Positions 40,401 to 50,850 of a stretch of DNA of 64,000 bases are shown piece after piece (within the stretch, counting starts at the first letter, position 1; every line of letters begins with the position of its first letter). The stretch lies in the NCBI GenBank assembly GCA_965197525.1, contig OZ240211.1, positions 128,001-192,000 of the forward strand. Reading direction: 5' to 3'. The notes under the pieces are model-generated. The model did no database searches. It was not told the DNA's origin and saw nothing but the letters and a program-made list of their open reading frames with translations. Made by a program: the position numbers and the translations under genes. Source of the stretch: Nitrosopumilus sp. Its GTDB lineage: Archaea; Thermoproteota; Nitrososphaeria; Nitrososphaerales; Nitrosopumilaceae.

Positions 40401-43400
40401 GTAACCTTTAGCGAGGATGTAACCGGTGTAACCCAGTCCGACTTTGTTCTGTCTTCTGATAGCACGGGCGGTTCCGACCCAGGTACTGGTACCGGCCAGT
40501 TCACTCAGACCGAATCGCCATCAACTGCCATAACAGGTGATCAAGACGTTACTGATACTATAACAGTGTCTAGTCTTGGAAATGCTACATCAGTTTCAGT
40601 TAACCTAAACATTACTCATACATACATTGGTGATCTAAAGGTAGATTTGGTTGCCCCCGACGATACAGCCAAAACGTTACACAACTATTCAGGCAGTAGT
40701 TCAGACGATATAGTAGCTACATACACACCAAACTTTAACGGCGCCTCAATATCGGGAACATGGACGCTGAAGATCAACGACAACTTTCCGTCTGCAGATG
40801 ACGGCGTTCTGAACAGCTGGACACTCACAATTAATTATGGTGATACCCCCGATGTCCCCAATCCTGTAACCTCCATATCCGGTTCTGGCAGCCAGTACTT
40901 TGTAACGGTCTCTGCATCAAGTGACGGGACATACAACCTTGATCTTGTACAAAACCACGGCATTGAGGATTCGGCAGATAACCCTCTAACTGATACTGCC
41001 ACCACCGGAGTAGACCAGACATATACTGTCAACACGGTACCTGCTGATACCACTGCACCGACACTCACATCAATTAAGAGATACAATCCTGCTGTTGCAA
41101 CTACTGACACCCAGACACTAGTATACAAGGTAACCTTTAGCGAGGATGTAACCGGTGTGACACAGTCTGACTTTGTTCTGTCTTCTGATAGCACGGGTAC
41201 TGCTGCTAATGCTGTAACCTCCATATCCGGTTCCGGCAGCCAGTACTTTGTAACGGTCTCTGCATCAAGTGACGGGACATACAACCTTGATCTTGTACAA
41301 AACCACGGCATCGAGGATTCGGCAGATAACCCTCTAACTGATACTGCCACCACCGGAGTAGACCAGACATATACTGTCAACACGGTACCTGCTGATACCA
41401 CTGCACCGACACTCACATCAATTAAGAGATACAATCCTGCTGCCGCAACTACTGACACCCAGACGCTAATCTACGAGGTAACCTTTAGCGAGGATGTAAC
41501 CGGTGTGACACAGTCCGACTTTGTTCTGTCTTCTGATAGCACGGGTACTGCTGCTAATGCTGTAACCTCCATATCCGGTTCCGGCAGCCAGTACTTTGTA
41601 ACGGTCTCTGCATCAAGTGACGGGACATACAACCTTGATCTTGTACAAAACCACGGCATTGAGGATTCGGCAGATAACCCTCTAACTGATACTGCCACCA
41701 CCGGAGTAGACCAGACATATACTGTCAACACGGTACCTGCCGACAACATGGCACCGACACTCACGTCAATTGAGAGATACAATCCTGCTGCCGCAACTAC
41801 TGACACCCAGACACTAGTCTACGAGGTAACCTTTAGCGAGGATGTGACTGAGGTGGATGCAACTGACTTTGCCCTGTCTTCTGATAGCACGGGCGGAGTC
41901 AGTTCCAGTCAGTTCACGCAGACACGTTCTCCTGCCATTGCCATAACTGCAGCTAACACCATAACAGATACCATTACAGTCCCAGGCTCTGGTACTGTTA
42001 CGTCAGTCTCTGTCGCAATAGATGTATCCCACACATACAAAGGCGACCTCAAGATAGATCTCATCGCCCCAGACGGCACGACCAAGACCGTCCACAACCG
42101 CTCTGGAGGCAGCGCAGATGACATAGACCAGACATACACACCAGACTTTGCAGGCGTTCCAATTGCAGGTATCTGGACGCTACAGATAAACGACAACTAT
42201 GCCACCGCAGACGACGGTACCCTGAACAGCTGGACGCTTACGATCAATTCTGGTAGCAGTAGTAGTATTGATACGTCAAACCCTGTAACATCAGTCTCAG
42301 GTTCTGGCGACACGTACCAAGTGACGGTTTTGGCCACACAGGACGGCACATACAACCTTGATCTGATATCGTCAGGACACGACATCGAAGACGAATCAAA
42401 CAATCCACTAACAGACGTGACTCCAACTACAGGTACTGACGAGACGTATACCGTCAATACCGTACCTGATGACACCACTGCACCAACACTATCATCAATT
42501 GAGCGGTCCAGTCCCGTTACAGAAAACACCGACAGCCAGACGCTGACCTACAAGGTGACCTTTAGCGAGGACGTCACCGGAGTGGACACGACTGACTTTG
42601 CCCTGTCTTCTGATAGCACGGGCGGATCAAGCTCTGCCCAGTTCACACAGACACGTTCTCCTGCCATTGCCATAACTGCAGCTAACACCATAACAGATAC
42701 CATTACAGTCCCAGGCTCTGGTACTGTTACGTCAGTCTCTGTCGCAATAGATGTATCCCACACATACAAAGGCGACCTCAAGATAGATCTCATCGCCCCA
42801 GACGGCACGACCAAGACCGTCCACAACCGCTCTGGAGGCAGCGCAGATGACATAGACCAGACATACACACCAGACTTTGCAGGCGTTCCAATTGCAGGTA
42901 TCTGGACGCTACAGATAAACGACAACTATGCCACCGCAGACGACGGTACCCTGAACAGCTGGACGCTTACGATCAATTCTGGTAGCAGTAGTAGTATTGA
43001 TACGTCAAACCCTGTAACATCAGTCTCAGGTTCTGGCGACACGTACCAAGTGACGGTTTTGGCCACACAGGACGGCACATACAACCTTGATCTGATATCG
43101 TCAGGACACGACATCGAAGACGAATCAAACAATCCACTAACAGACGTGACTCCAACTACAGGTACTGACGAGACGTATACCGTCAATACCGTACCTGATG
43201 ACACCACTGCACCAACACTATCATCAATTGAGCGGTCCAGTCCCGTTACAGAAAACACCGACAGCCGGACGCTGACCTACAAGGTGACCTTTAGCGAGGA
43301 CGTCACCGGAGTGGACACGACTGACTTTGCCCTGTCTTCTGATAGCACGGGCGGATCAAGCTCTGCCCAGTTCACACAGACACGTTCTCCTGCCATTGCC

Positions 43401-46400
43401 ATAACTGCAGCTAACACCATAACAGATACCATTACAGTCCCAGGCTCTGGTACTGTTACGTCAGTCTCTGTCGCAATAGATGTATCCCACACATACAAAG
43501 GCGACCTCAAGATAGATCTCATCGCCCCAGACGGCACGACCAAGACCGTCCACAACCGCTCTGGAGGCAGCGCAGATGACATAGACCAGACATACACACC
43601 AGACTTTGCAGGCGTTCCAATTGCAGGTATCTGGACGCTACAGATAAACGACAACTATGCCACCGCAGACGACGGTACCCTGAACAGCTGGACGCTTACG
43701 ATCAATTCTGGTAGCAGTAGTAGTATTGATACGTCAAACCCTGTAACATCAGTCTCAGGTTCTGGCGACACGTACCAAGTGACGGTTTTGGCCACACAGG
43801 ACGGCACATACAACCTTGATCTGATATCGTCAGGACACGACATCGAAGACGAATCAAACAATCCACTAACAGACGTGACTCCAACTACAGGTACTGACGA
43901 GACGTATACCGTCAATACCGTACCTGATGACACCACTGCACCAACACTATCATCAATTGAGCGGTCCAGTCCCGTTACAGAAAACACCGACAGCCAGACG
44001 CTGACCTACAAGGTGACCTTTAGCGAGGACGTCACCGGAGTGGACACGACTGACTTTGCCCTGTCTTCTGATAGCACGGGCGGATCAAGCTCTGCCCAGT
44101 TCACACAGACACGTTCTCCTGCCATTGCCATAACTGCAGCTAACACCATAACAGATACCATTACAGTCCCAGGCTCTGGTACTGTTACGTCAGTCTCTGT
44201 CGCAATAGATGTATCCCACACATACAAAGGCGACCTCAAGATAGATCTCATCGCCCCAGACGGCACGACCAAGACCGTCCACAACCGCTCTGGAGGCAGC
44301 GCAGATGACATAGACCAGACATACACACCAGACTTTGCAGGCGTTCCAATTGCAGGTATCTGGACGCTACAGATAAACGACAACTATGCCACCGCAGACG
44401 ACGGTACCCTGAACAGCTGGACGCTTACGATCAATTCTGGTAGCAGTAGTAGTATTGATACGTCAAACCCTGTAACATCAGTCTCAGGTTCTGGCGACAC
44501 GTACCAAGTGACGGTTTTGGCCACACAGGACGGCACATACAACCTTGATCTGATATCGTCAGGACACGACATCGAAGACGAATCAAACAATCCACTAACA
44601 GACGTGACTCCAACTACAGGTACTGACGAGACGTATACCGTCAATACCGTACCTGATGACACCACTGCACCAACACTATCATCAATTGAGCGGTCCAGTC
44701 CCGTTACAGAAAACACCGACAGCCGGACGCTGACCTACAAGGTGACCTTTAGCGAGGACGTCACCGGAGTGGACACGACTGACTTTGCCCTGTCTTCTGA
44801 TAGCACGGGCGGATCAAGCTCTGCCCAGTTCACACAGACACGTTCTCCTGCCATTGCCATAACTGCAGCTAACACCATAACAGATACCATTACAGTCCCA
44901 GGCTCTGGTACTGTTACGTCAGTCTCTGTCGCAATAGATGTATCCCACACATACAAAGGCGACCTCAAGATAGATCTCATCGCCCCAGACGGCACGACCA
45001 AGACCGTCCACAACCGCTCTGGAGGCAGCGCAGATGACATAGACCAGACATACACACCAGACTTTGCAGGCGTTCCAATTGCAGGTATCTGGACGCTACA
45101 GATAAACGACAACTATGCCACCGCAGACGACGGTACCCTGAACAGCTGGACGCTTACGATCAATTCTGGTAGCAGTAGTAGTATTGATACGTCAAACCCT
45201 GTAACATCAGTCTCAGGTTCTGGCGACACGTACCAAGTGACGGTTTTGGCCACACAGGACGGCACATACAACCTTGATCTGATATCGTCAGGACACGACA
45301 TCGAAGACGAATCAAACAATCCACTAACAGACGTGACTCCAACTACAGGTACTGACGAGACGTATACCGTCAATACCGTACCTGATGACACCACTGCACC
45401 AACACTATCATCAATTGAGCGGTCCAGTCCCGTTACAGAAAACACCGACAGCCAGACGCTGACCTACAAGGTGACCTTTAGCGAGGACGTCACCGGAGTG
45501 GACACGACTGACTTTGCCCTGTCTTCTGATAGCACGGGCGGTTCTGACACAGGTACTGGTACTGGTACTGGCCAGTTCACTCAGACCAACTCACCATCAA
45601 CTGCCATAACAGGTGCTCAAGATGTTACTGATACTATAGCAGTGTCTAGTTCTGGAAATGTTGCATCAGTTTCAGTTGACCTAAACATTACTCATACATA
45701 CATTAGTGATCTAAAGGTAGATTTGGTTGCCCCTGACGGTACAACCCAAACGTTACACAATCGTTCAGGCGGTAGTTCAGACGACATAGTAGCTACATAC
45801 ACACCAAGCTTTAATGGCACCTCAATATCAGGAACATGGACGCTGAAGATCAACGACGACTATCCGTCTGCTGATGACGGCATTCTGAACAGCTGGACAC
45901 TCACAATTAATTATGGCGATACTGCCGATGTCCCCAATCCTATAACCTCCATATCCGGTTCTGGCAGCCAGTACTTTGTGACAGTCTCTGCATCAAGTGA
46001 TGGGACATACAACCTTGATCTTGTACAAAACCACGGCATCGAGGATTCGGCAGATAATCCTCTAACTGATACTGCCACCACCGGAGTAGACCACACCTAC
46101 ACGGTCAACACAGTACCTGCTGATACCACAGCACCAACACTCACATCAATTGAGAGATACAATCCTGTTGCTGCAACTACTGACAGCCAGATACTAGTCT
46201 ACGAGGTAACCTTTAGCGAAGATATAACCGGTGTGACACAGTCTGACTTTACCCTGTCTTCTGATAGTACGGGCGGTCCTGACCCAGGTACTGGTACTGG
46301 TACTGGCCAGTTCACTCAGACCAACTCACCATCGACTGCCATAACAGGTGCTCAAGATGTTACTGATACTATAGCAGTGTCTAGTTCTGGAAATGTTGCA

Positions 46401-49313
46401 TCAGTTTCAGTTGACCTAAACATTACTCATACATACATTAGTGATCTAAAGGTAGATTTGGTTGCCCCCGACGGTACAACCCAAACGTTACACAATCGTT
46501 CAGGCGGTAGTTCAGACGACATAGTAGATACATACACACCGAACTTTAACGGCACCTCAATATCAGGAACATGGACGCTGAAGATCAACGACGACTATCC
46601 GTCTGCTGATGACGGCATTCTGAACAGCTGGACACTCACAATTAATCATGGTGATCCCACTGACATCCACAATCCTATAACCTCCATATCCGGTTCTGGC
46701 AGCCAGTACTTTGTGACAGTCTCTGCATCAAGTGATGGGACATACAACCTTGATCTTGTACAAAACCACGGCATCGAGGATTCGGCAGATAATCCTCTAA
46801 CTGATACTGCCACCACCGGAGTAGACCACACCTACACGGTCAGCACCACACCAGCAGACACGACATCCCCGACAGTCTCGTCAATCGAGCGGCACGATCC
46901 GACATCAGAAAACACGGACAGCCAGACGCTGGTGTACCGGGTGACGTTCAGCGAGAACGTGACCGGCGTGGATGTATCCGACTTTGCGCTCTCCACTGGC
47001 AGTACCGGGATCGGCAATGTGACAGGCCTGGCAGGCTCCGGTAGCGCATACAACGTCACCGTCGCAGTTACCACCGACGGGACGTTCAACCTAGACATTG
47101 CAGCCGGCCACGGCATCATAGACTCGTCCGGCACGGGACTTGTCGATACGGCACCCTTGACTGACCACACCTACACAGTGAACCGCACCGCCTCAACATT
47201 CACGCCGATCGAGATGATCTACCAGGCAAACGAGATCAACTACAGCAATGACTGTAGCACTGGGCTTAACGGTACACATACCATCACCCTCTCCGAATCA
47301 GATGACACTATCAACTCGACAGTAGCCGTGTATCCACGGACAGTGATCCGTATAGATGACAGCACCGTCAATGGGCCCTCGCTGTCAAACGGTGACGGTT
47401 TCGGCTCATCTGTTGCAAACATCGGAGACCTGGACGGCGACGGCACCGTCGACATCGCAGTCGGCGCTTGGACGAGTAATGGTCCAGAAGTCCAGAGCGG
47501 CGCCTTGCATGTCATATTCATGAACGCCGACGGCACCCTCAAGGGCACGGCTGAGATAAACAGCACTGCTACCTACGCGCCCTACCTGTCAAACGGTGAC
47601 ACTTTCGGAACCTCCGTAGCGGGCATCGGAGACTTGGACGGCGACGGCACCGTCGACATCGTAGTCGGAGCCCATAATGACGACACAAGCGGCACCGACA
47701 ACGGCACCGTTTACGTCATCTTTTTGAACGCCGACGGCATCCCCAAGAGCGGGACTACTGCGATAGACGGCGATACTGCCAACGGGCCCGATCTGTCAAG
47801 GGGTGACAATTTCGGACGTTCTGTCGCAAACATCGGAGACCTGGACGGCGACGGCACCGTAGACATCGCAGTAGGCGCCCATCATGTTGACGATCCAAGT
47901 GGCACTGGCAGCGGCGCCTTGCATGTCATATTCATGAATGCCGACGGTACCCCCAAGGGCACGATCGAGATAAACGGCGATACAGCCAACGGGCCCTCGC
48001 TATCAGCCGGCGACCGTTTCGGAGCCTCTGTCGCAAACATCGGAGACCTGGACGGCGACGGCACCGTCGACATCGCAGTCGGTGCTACTCGTGATGACGC
48101 AGACAACGACGTTGACAGCGGCGCCTTGCATGTCATATTCATGAATGCCGACGGCACCCCAAAGGGCACGATCGAGATAGACGGCGATACTGCCAACGGG
48201 CCCTCGCTATCAGGTGGTGACCATTTCGGGCGTTCCGTCGCAAACATCGGAGACCTGGACGGCGACGGCACCGTCGACATCGCAGTCGGCGCTTATCGTG
48301 ACGACGAAAACGGTACTGACAGCGGCGCCTTGCATGTCATATTCATGAATGCCGACGGCACCCCAAAGGGCACGATCGAGATAAACGGCAATACTGCCAA
48401 CGGGCCCTCACTGTCAGCCGGCGACTTGTTCGGATCCTCAATTGCAAACATCGGAGACCTGGACGGCGACGGCACCGTCGACATCGCAGTCGGTGCCCAT
48501 AGAGACGACACAGACGATAGCACCGACAGCGGCGCCTTGCATGTGATATTCCTTGATGCGATCGCTACAAACGGTAACTGTTTCATGGGCCCCCTCGACC
48601 AGGACATCGCTGCCCCGACAGTCATGTCGATTACGAGAAGCGACCCTGCAGTCGAGGTTACTAACAGCACATCTCTGATCTTCCAAGTCATATTCAGCGA
48701 GGACGTGACCGGTGTGGACGCCGGCGACTTTGTGCTCTCTCCTGACAGCGCCGGGGCAGACGACGCCGCCGGACAGTTCGCGCATACCAGCGAGCCTTCA
48801 ATCCCCATAACCGACAGCAATACCATACAGGATACCATCGCAGTCGACCAGTCCGGGACGGCCACGTCAGTCTCAGTCACCGTGGACATCACCCATTCCT
48901 ACATAGGTGATCTTAAGATCGATCTCATCGCCCCCGACGGCACAACCAAGACACTGCACGACCGCACAGGTTATGATACAGACGACATCGACAAGACGTA
49001 CGCGCCTGACTTTGGTGGCGTTGGGATCGCAGAAGACTGGACGCTGCGCGTACGCGACGGTGCGGGGGGAGACACCGGCACCCTGAACGGCTGGATGCTT
49101 ACGATCAACCACGACAGTGCCACCAGTCCCGTCACGTCAGTCTCAGGCTCCGGCTCCACGTACTACACGACAGTCTCTGCAACTCAGGACGGCACGTACA
49201 ACCTTGATCTAGTGTCATCAGGGCACGATATCGCAGATGAATCAGGCAACCCCTTGACCTATGCTGTCTCCACCGGAGCAGACGAGACTTACACCGTCAG
49301 CACCAACGACTGA
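37416..49313 (+). CDS. Giant repetitive surface/adhesin-like protein (3965 aa)
   Basis: N-terminal hydrophobic signal/TM segment, PKD-like domain, about 10 DUF285/BspA-like repeats, a cadherin-like unit, many Ig-like PTLTSI units, nine proprotein-convertase P-like domains (HTY.GDL...L.APDG) and six FG-GAP repeats (FG.SVANIGDLDGDG). Confidence 0.88.
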   Translation: MTIPAKNTLFISALVIALPILIVACTAPHAYGQADERPFVMTWAVRQGGLVTIPVDDENGTYGATGEYTVDWGDGTVETISGTAEHRYAHAGNYAISITGNYAKIYLYGSIPNGSMSVEEYMGSTSTAIARVGSSPNGLLSIDQWGDVKWTSMAYAFSGARNLVYNATDVPDLSLVTDMNHMFYFAKKFNGNLSAWDVSGVTDMSYMFYEATAFNGDVSEWDVSGVTDMSRMFYESDTFNQDVSEWDVSGVTDISWMFSRAFNFNQDISSWNVSGVTDMRRMFANAISFNQDISSWDVSNVTDMSYMFYGSYSFNHDISSWDVSNVTDMSHMFQFAYKFNRDIHEWNVSNVTDMNHMFKYAETFNGNISSWNVSNVTDMNHMFEFAYEFNGNISGWDVSGVADMRDMFDSATSFNQNLGRWYVVPEDTSIVDGDSSLVVTTISAQNAHLDKQNPTYAIIVGHDSSAFEMDHNVLKLKATPVQSVKSTYMVGVTATGTFGSNNQRLVNITVVEYVPDTTPPSVSTIWRDSPSNAITHDTTLQFGIMFSEDVQNVNATDFVLTGTGNASVTHVSGSSDEYGVTVSVTADGTVTLGLAADNDIKDVSDNELTDTVLTAGTDRTYTVDTTAPTVTSIERYSPTDQNTDNQTLVYQVTFSENVTGVDTGDFALSQDSTGAGSITGLTGSGYIYNMTVSAVQDGTYNLDLASSGHGITDEASNPLTNIAPTGVDHTYTVSTVPADTTAPTLSSIERYSPVTESTDSQTLIYEVTFSEDVTGVDAADFVISQDSTGTGSTTLTGSDSVYYVTVSATQDGTYNLDLVQNHGIEDSADNPLTDTATTGVDQTYTVNTVPADTTAPTLTSIERYNPAAATTDTQTLIYEVTFSEDVTGVTQSDFVLSSDSTGTAANAVTSISGSGSQYFVTVSASSDGTYNLDLVQNHGIEDSADNPLTDTVTTGVDQTYTVNTVPADTTAPTLTSIKRYNPAAATTDTQTLVYEVTFSEDVTGVTQSDFVLSSDSTGGSDPGTGTGQFTQTESPSTAITGDQDVTDTITVSSLGNATSVSVNLNITHTYIGDLKVDLVAPDDTAKTLHNYSGSSSDDIVATYTPNFNGASISGTWTLKINDNFPSADDGVLNSWTLTINYGDTPDVPNPVTSISGSGSQYFVTVSASSDGTYNLDLVQNHGIEDSADNPLTDTATTGVDQTYTVNTVPADTTAPTLTSIKRYNPAVATTDTQTLVYKVTFSEDVTGVTQSDFVLSSDSTGTAANAVTSISGSGSQYFVTVSASSDGTYNLDLVQNHGIEDSADNPLTDTATTGVDQTYTVNTVPADTTAPTLTSIKRYNPAAATTDTQTLIYEVTFSEDVTGVTQSDFVLSSDSTGTAANAVTSISGSGSQYFVTVSASSDGTYNLDLVQNHGIEDSADNPLTDTATTGVDQTYTVNTVPADNMAPTLTSIERYNPAAATTDTQTLVYEVTFSEDVTEVDATDFALSSDSTGGVSSSQFTQTRSPAIAITAANTITDTITVPGSGTVTSVSVAIDVSHTYKGDLKIDLIAPDGTTKTVHNRSGGSADDIDQTYTPDFAGVPIAGIWTLQINDNYATADDGTLNSWTLTINSGSSSSIDTSNPVTSVSGSGDTYQVTVLATQDGTYNLDLISSGHDIEDESNNPLTDVTPTTGTDETYTVNTVPDDTTAPTLSSIERSSPVTENTDSQTLTYKVTFSEDVTGVDTTDFALSSDSTGGSSSAQFTQTRSPAIAITAANTITDTITVPGSGTVTSVSVAIDVSHTYKGDLKIDLIAPDGTTKTVHNRSGGSADDIDQTYTPDFAGVPIAGIWTLQINDNYATADDGTLNSWTLTINSGSSSSIDTSNPVTSVSGSGDTYQVTVLATQDGTYNLDLISSGHDIEDESNNPLTDVTPTTGTDETYTVNTVPDDTTAPTLSSIERSSPVTENTDSRTLTYKVTFSEDVTGVDTTDFALSSDSTGGSSSAQFTQTRSPAIAITAANTITDTITVPGSGTVTSVSVAIDVSHTYKGDLKIDLIAPDGTTKTVHNRSGGSADDIDQTYTPDFAGVPIAGIWTLQINDNYATADDGTLNSWTLTINSGSSSSIDTSNPVTSVSGSGDTYQVTVLATQDGTYNLDLISSGHDIEDESNNPLTDVTPTTGTDETYTVNTVPDDTTAPTLSSIERSSPVTENTDSQTLTYKVTFSEDVTGVDTTDFALSSDSTGGSSSAQFTQTRSPAIAITAANTITDTITVPGSGTVTSVSVAIDVSHTYKGDLKIDLIAPDGTTKTVHNRSGGSADDIDQTYTPDFAGVPIAGIWTLQINDNYATADDGTLNSWTLTINSGSSSSIDTSNPVTSVSGSGDTYQVTVLATQDGTYNLDLISSGHDIEDESNNPLTDVTPTTGTDETYTVNTVPDDTTAPTLSSIERSSPVTENTDSRTLTYKVTFSEDVTGVDTTDFALSSDSTGGSSSAQFTQTRSPAIAITAANTITDTITVPGSGTVTSVSVAIDVSHTYKGDLKIDLIAPDGTTKTVHNRSGGSADDIDQTYTPDFAGVPIAGIWTLQINDNYATADDGTLNSWTLTINSGSSSSIDTSNPVTSVSGSGDTYQVTVLATQDGTYNLDLISSGHDIEDESNNPLTDVTPTTGTDETYTVNTVPDDTTAPTLSSIERSSPVTENTDSQTLTYKVTFSEDVTGVDTTDFALSSDSTGGSDTGTGTGTGQFTQTNSPSTAITGAQDVTDTIAVSSSGNVASVSVDLNITHTYISDLKVDLVAPDGTTQTLHNRSGGSSDDIVATYTPSFNGTSISGTWTLKINDDYPSADDGILNSWTLTINYGDTADVPNPITSISGSGSQYFVTVSASSDGTYNLDLVQNHGIEDSADNPLTDTATTGVDHTYTVNTVPADTTAPTLTSIERYNPVAATTDSQILVYEVTFSEDITGVTQSDFTLSSDSTGGPDPGTGTGTGQFTQTNSPSTAITGAQDVTDTIAVSSSGNVASVSVDLNITHTYISDLKVDLVAPDGTTQTLHNRSGGSSDDIVDTYTPNFNGTSISGTWTLKINDDYPSADDGILNSWTLTINHGDPTDIHNPITSISGSGSQYFVTVSASSDGTYNLDLVQNHGIEDSADNPLTDTATTGVDHTYTVSTTPADTTSPTVSSIERHDPTSENTDSQTLVYRVTFSENVTGVDVSDFALSTGSTGIGNVTGLAGSGSAYNVTVAVTTDGTFNLDIAAGHGIIDSSGTGLVDTAPLTDHTYTVNRTASTFTPIEMIYQANEINYSNDCSTGLNGTHTITLSESDDTINSTVAVYPRTVIRIDDSTVNGPSLSNGDGFGSSVANIGDLDGDGTVDIAVGAWTSNGPEVQSGALHVIFMNADGTLKGTAEINSTATYAPYLSNGDTFGTSVAGIGDLDGDGTVDIVVGAHNDDTSGTDNGTVYVIFLNADGIPKSGTTAIDGDTANGPDLSRGDNFGRSVANIGDLDGDGTVDIAVGAHHVDDPSGTGSGALHVIFMNADGTPKGTIEINGDTANGPSLSAGDRFGASVANIGDLDGDGTVDIAVGATRDDADNDVDSGALHVIFMNADGTPKGTIEIDGDTANGPSLSGGDHFGRSVANIGDLDGDGTVDIAVGAYRDDENGTDSGALHVIFMNADGTPKGTIEINGNTANGPSLSAGDLFGSSIANIGDLDGDGTVDIAVGAHRDDTDDSTDSGALHVIFLDAIATNGNCFMGPLDQDIAAPTVMSITRSDPAVEVTNSTSLIFQVIFSEDVTGVDAGDFVLSPDSAGADDAAGQFAHTSEPSIPITDSNTIQDTIAVDQSGTATSVSVTVDITHSYIGDLKIDLIAPDGTTKTLHDRTGYDTDDIDKTYAPDFGGVGIAEDWTLRVRDGAGGDTGTLNGWMLTINHDSATSPVTSVSGSGSTYYTTVSATQDGTYNLDLVSSGHDIADESGNPLTYAVSTGADETYTVSTND
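37920..38680 (+). repeat. DUF285-like tandem repeats (about 60-bp period)
   Basis: Recurring WDVS.VTDM..MF....FN unit. Confidence 0.85.
39840..41870 (+). repeat. 288-bp Ig-like unit repeats, interrupted once by a P-domain
   Basis: Recurring RYNPAAATTDTQTL.YEVTFSEDVTGVTQSDF unit with near-identical DNA. Confidence 0.8.
41870..45545 (+). repeat. Five near-identical 729-bp tandem repeats (P-domain plus Ig-like)
   Basis: Identical antisense ORFs recur at 42197, 42926, 43655, 44384 and 45113 (729-bp spacing). Confidence 0.92.
47380..48560 (+). repeat. Six FG-GAP/integrin-alpha-like repeats (about 180-bp period)
   Basis: GD.FG.S.A.IGDLDGDGTVDI.VGA six times. Confidence 0.88.
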
Positions 49314-49383
49314 AACTAGGCGCGCCGGTCCGGATTCTTTTTCAAATTCGAGACAACCGGTATTGCCACACTTTATCTTGATA

Positions 49384-49620
49384 TTATATGTCGAATCTAT
49401 CTTGTATGGGTGGTTCATTTCTGTTAAACAAATACAGCATAATTCCTGCTAGTGTGACTCCTATTCCCACAAGACCAATAAATGTACCACTATTTTTAAC
49501 AGAACGTAATAATGAATCCGTCTCGCCTAATTCTATGGAATAGTACATGACTAGTCCTGTTACAAACATGACTATTCCAACAATTATTATGGCTACTCCC
49601 ATTCTCATACATAAAATCAT
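49384..49620 (-). CDS. Small two-TM membrane protein
   Basis: Two hydrophobic helices; true start probably MRMGVAII. Confidence 0.65.
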   Translation of the reverse strand: MILCMRMGVAIIIVGIVMFVTGLVMYYSIELGETDSLLRSVKNSGTFIGLVGIGVTLAGIMLYLFNRNEPPIQDRFDI

Positions 49621-49701
49621 TCTTTATGGTTAATAAATAACCGTCATTTATCAGTTGACTATGTTAGGTAGACTCATTAGCCGTATTGTCTTGGAATTGG
49701 C

Positions 49702-50613
49702 GTGAACAACTTATTCTTTTTTTTGACTGTTGTTATTTTGTTTACTATTACTGCGTCAACTAGTAGTACAATCGCCGTTGCTCAATCTAGCTATAACGTG
49801 ATCATTCCTGATGGTGCTGCAAATTCTTACGCTCCATTTTTTTGGCAAAATGAGTTTGACGGTTCAACTACGGGTATAGTTGAGATCTTACCCGGTGATA
49901 CGATTACTTGGAAGAACGTTGACTCTGCAGTACACACAGTCACGTCTGGTACTGATTCTGACGGGTATGATGGTATGTTTGATAGTGGATTATTTGGTCC
50001 CGGGAAATCTTTTTCGCATATCTTTGAGCAGCCTGGGGTTTATCCTTACTACTGCTTGCCTCATCCTTGGATGGAAGGTACAGTTTTTGTTGTTGCAGCA
50101 GTTGATGATGGTGACGCTACTGATATATTTAACAACTATTCTGTCATCCCGGATGTTGGCAAACAAGTGGGCGATGGTTCTGCATTCTTTGATGTAGAGT
50201 ATGATTTTGATCGTATCATTATTCTATCTGCAATCCGTGAAGAAGAAAAATCGATAACTTTTGAGATAACAGATAACTACAGCAACAATAGTAATAGTGA
50301 TAATAACGATAACAACAACAACCGTATCAAACCTCTAAACCATGATTTAACACTACGTTTTCCTTCTGCATTAATTGACGGCGACTTTGTAATCTTTGTT
50401 GACGGTGACAAACTCTTGGACTATGATCAAAAATATGACGGCACTCACCACACTTTACATATTGTATTATCTGCAGACTCTGAATTCCTTACAATTATGG
50501 GCACATCCATTGTTCCAGAATTTGGCAGTAGTGCTATATTGATATTATTTGGTGTATCGATTGTCACTATGACTATTTTGTGTCAGCGTCTAAAATTAAG
50601 ATTACAATATTGA
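49702..50613 (+). CDS. Cupredoxin (plastocyanin-like) surface protein with PEFG-CTERM anchor
   Basis: Signal peptide; HTVTSG and YYCLPHPWMEG type-1 copper ligands; C-terminal VPEFG followed by a TM helix and basic tail. Confidence 0.88.
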   Translation: MNNLFFFLTVVILFTITASTSSTIAVAQSSYNVIIPDGAANSYAPFFWQNEFDGSTTGIVEILPGDTITWKNVDSAVHTVTSGTDSDGYDGMFDSGLFGPGKSFSHIFEQPGVYPYYCLPHPWMEGTVFVVAAVDDGDATDIFNNYSVIPDVGKQVGDGSAFFDVEYDFDRIIILSAIREEEKSITFEITDNYSNNSNSDNNDNNNNRIKPLNHDLTLRFPSALIDGDFVIFVDGDKLLDYDQKYDGTHHTLHIVLSADSEFLTIMGTSIVPEFGSSAILILFGVSIVTMTILCQRLKLRLQY

Positions 50614-50850
50614 AATTTTTGCAGCTACACACTTTACATGTTGCTCACTCTGTGGCATGATCATACGTCAAAACAATTTTATGGTATATTTGATTATAAT
50701 ATACATCTATATCATGTAGCTGTTTATCTACAAACAGCACGACCTATTTTTTTTAAAGTTGATCAAACACAAAAACAAAAAAAAAAAAATACTTTGTTAT
50801 CAATGAAATTGATATTTGATTCTCAGAGCTCTTAAATGACATCTTTGATA

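Noticed and set aside
38535-49159. Many antisense ORFs of 60-207 aa within the giant gene
   Set aside because: They are shadows of the repetitive plus-strand ORF and recur with the repeat period.
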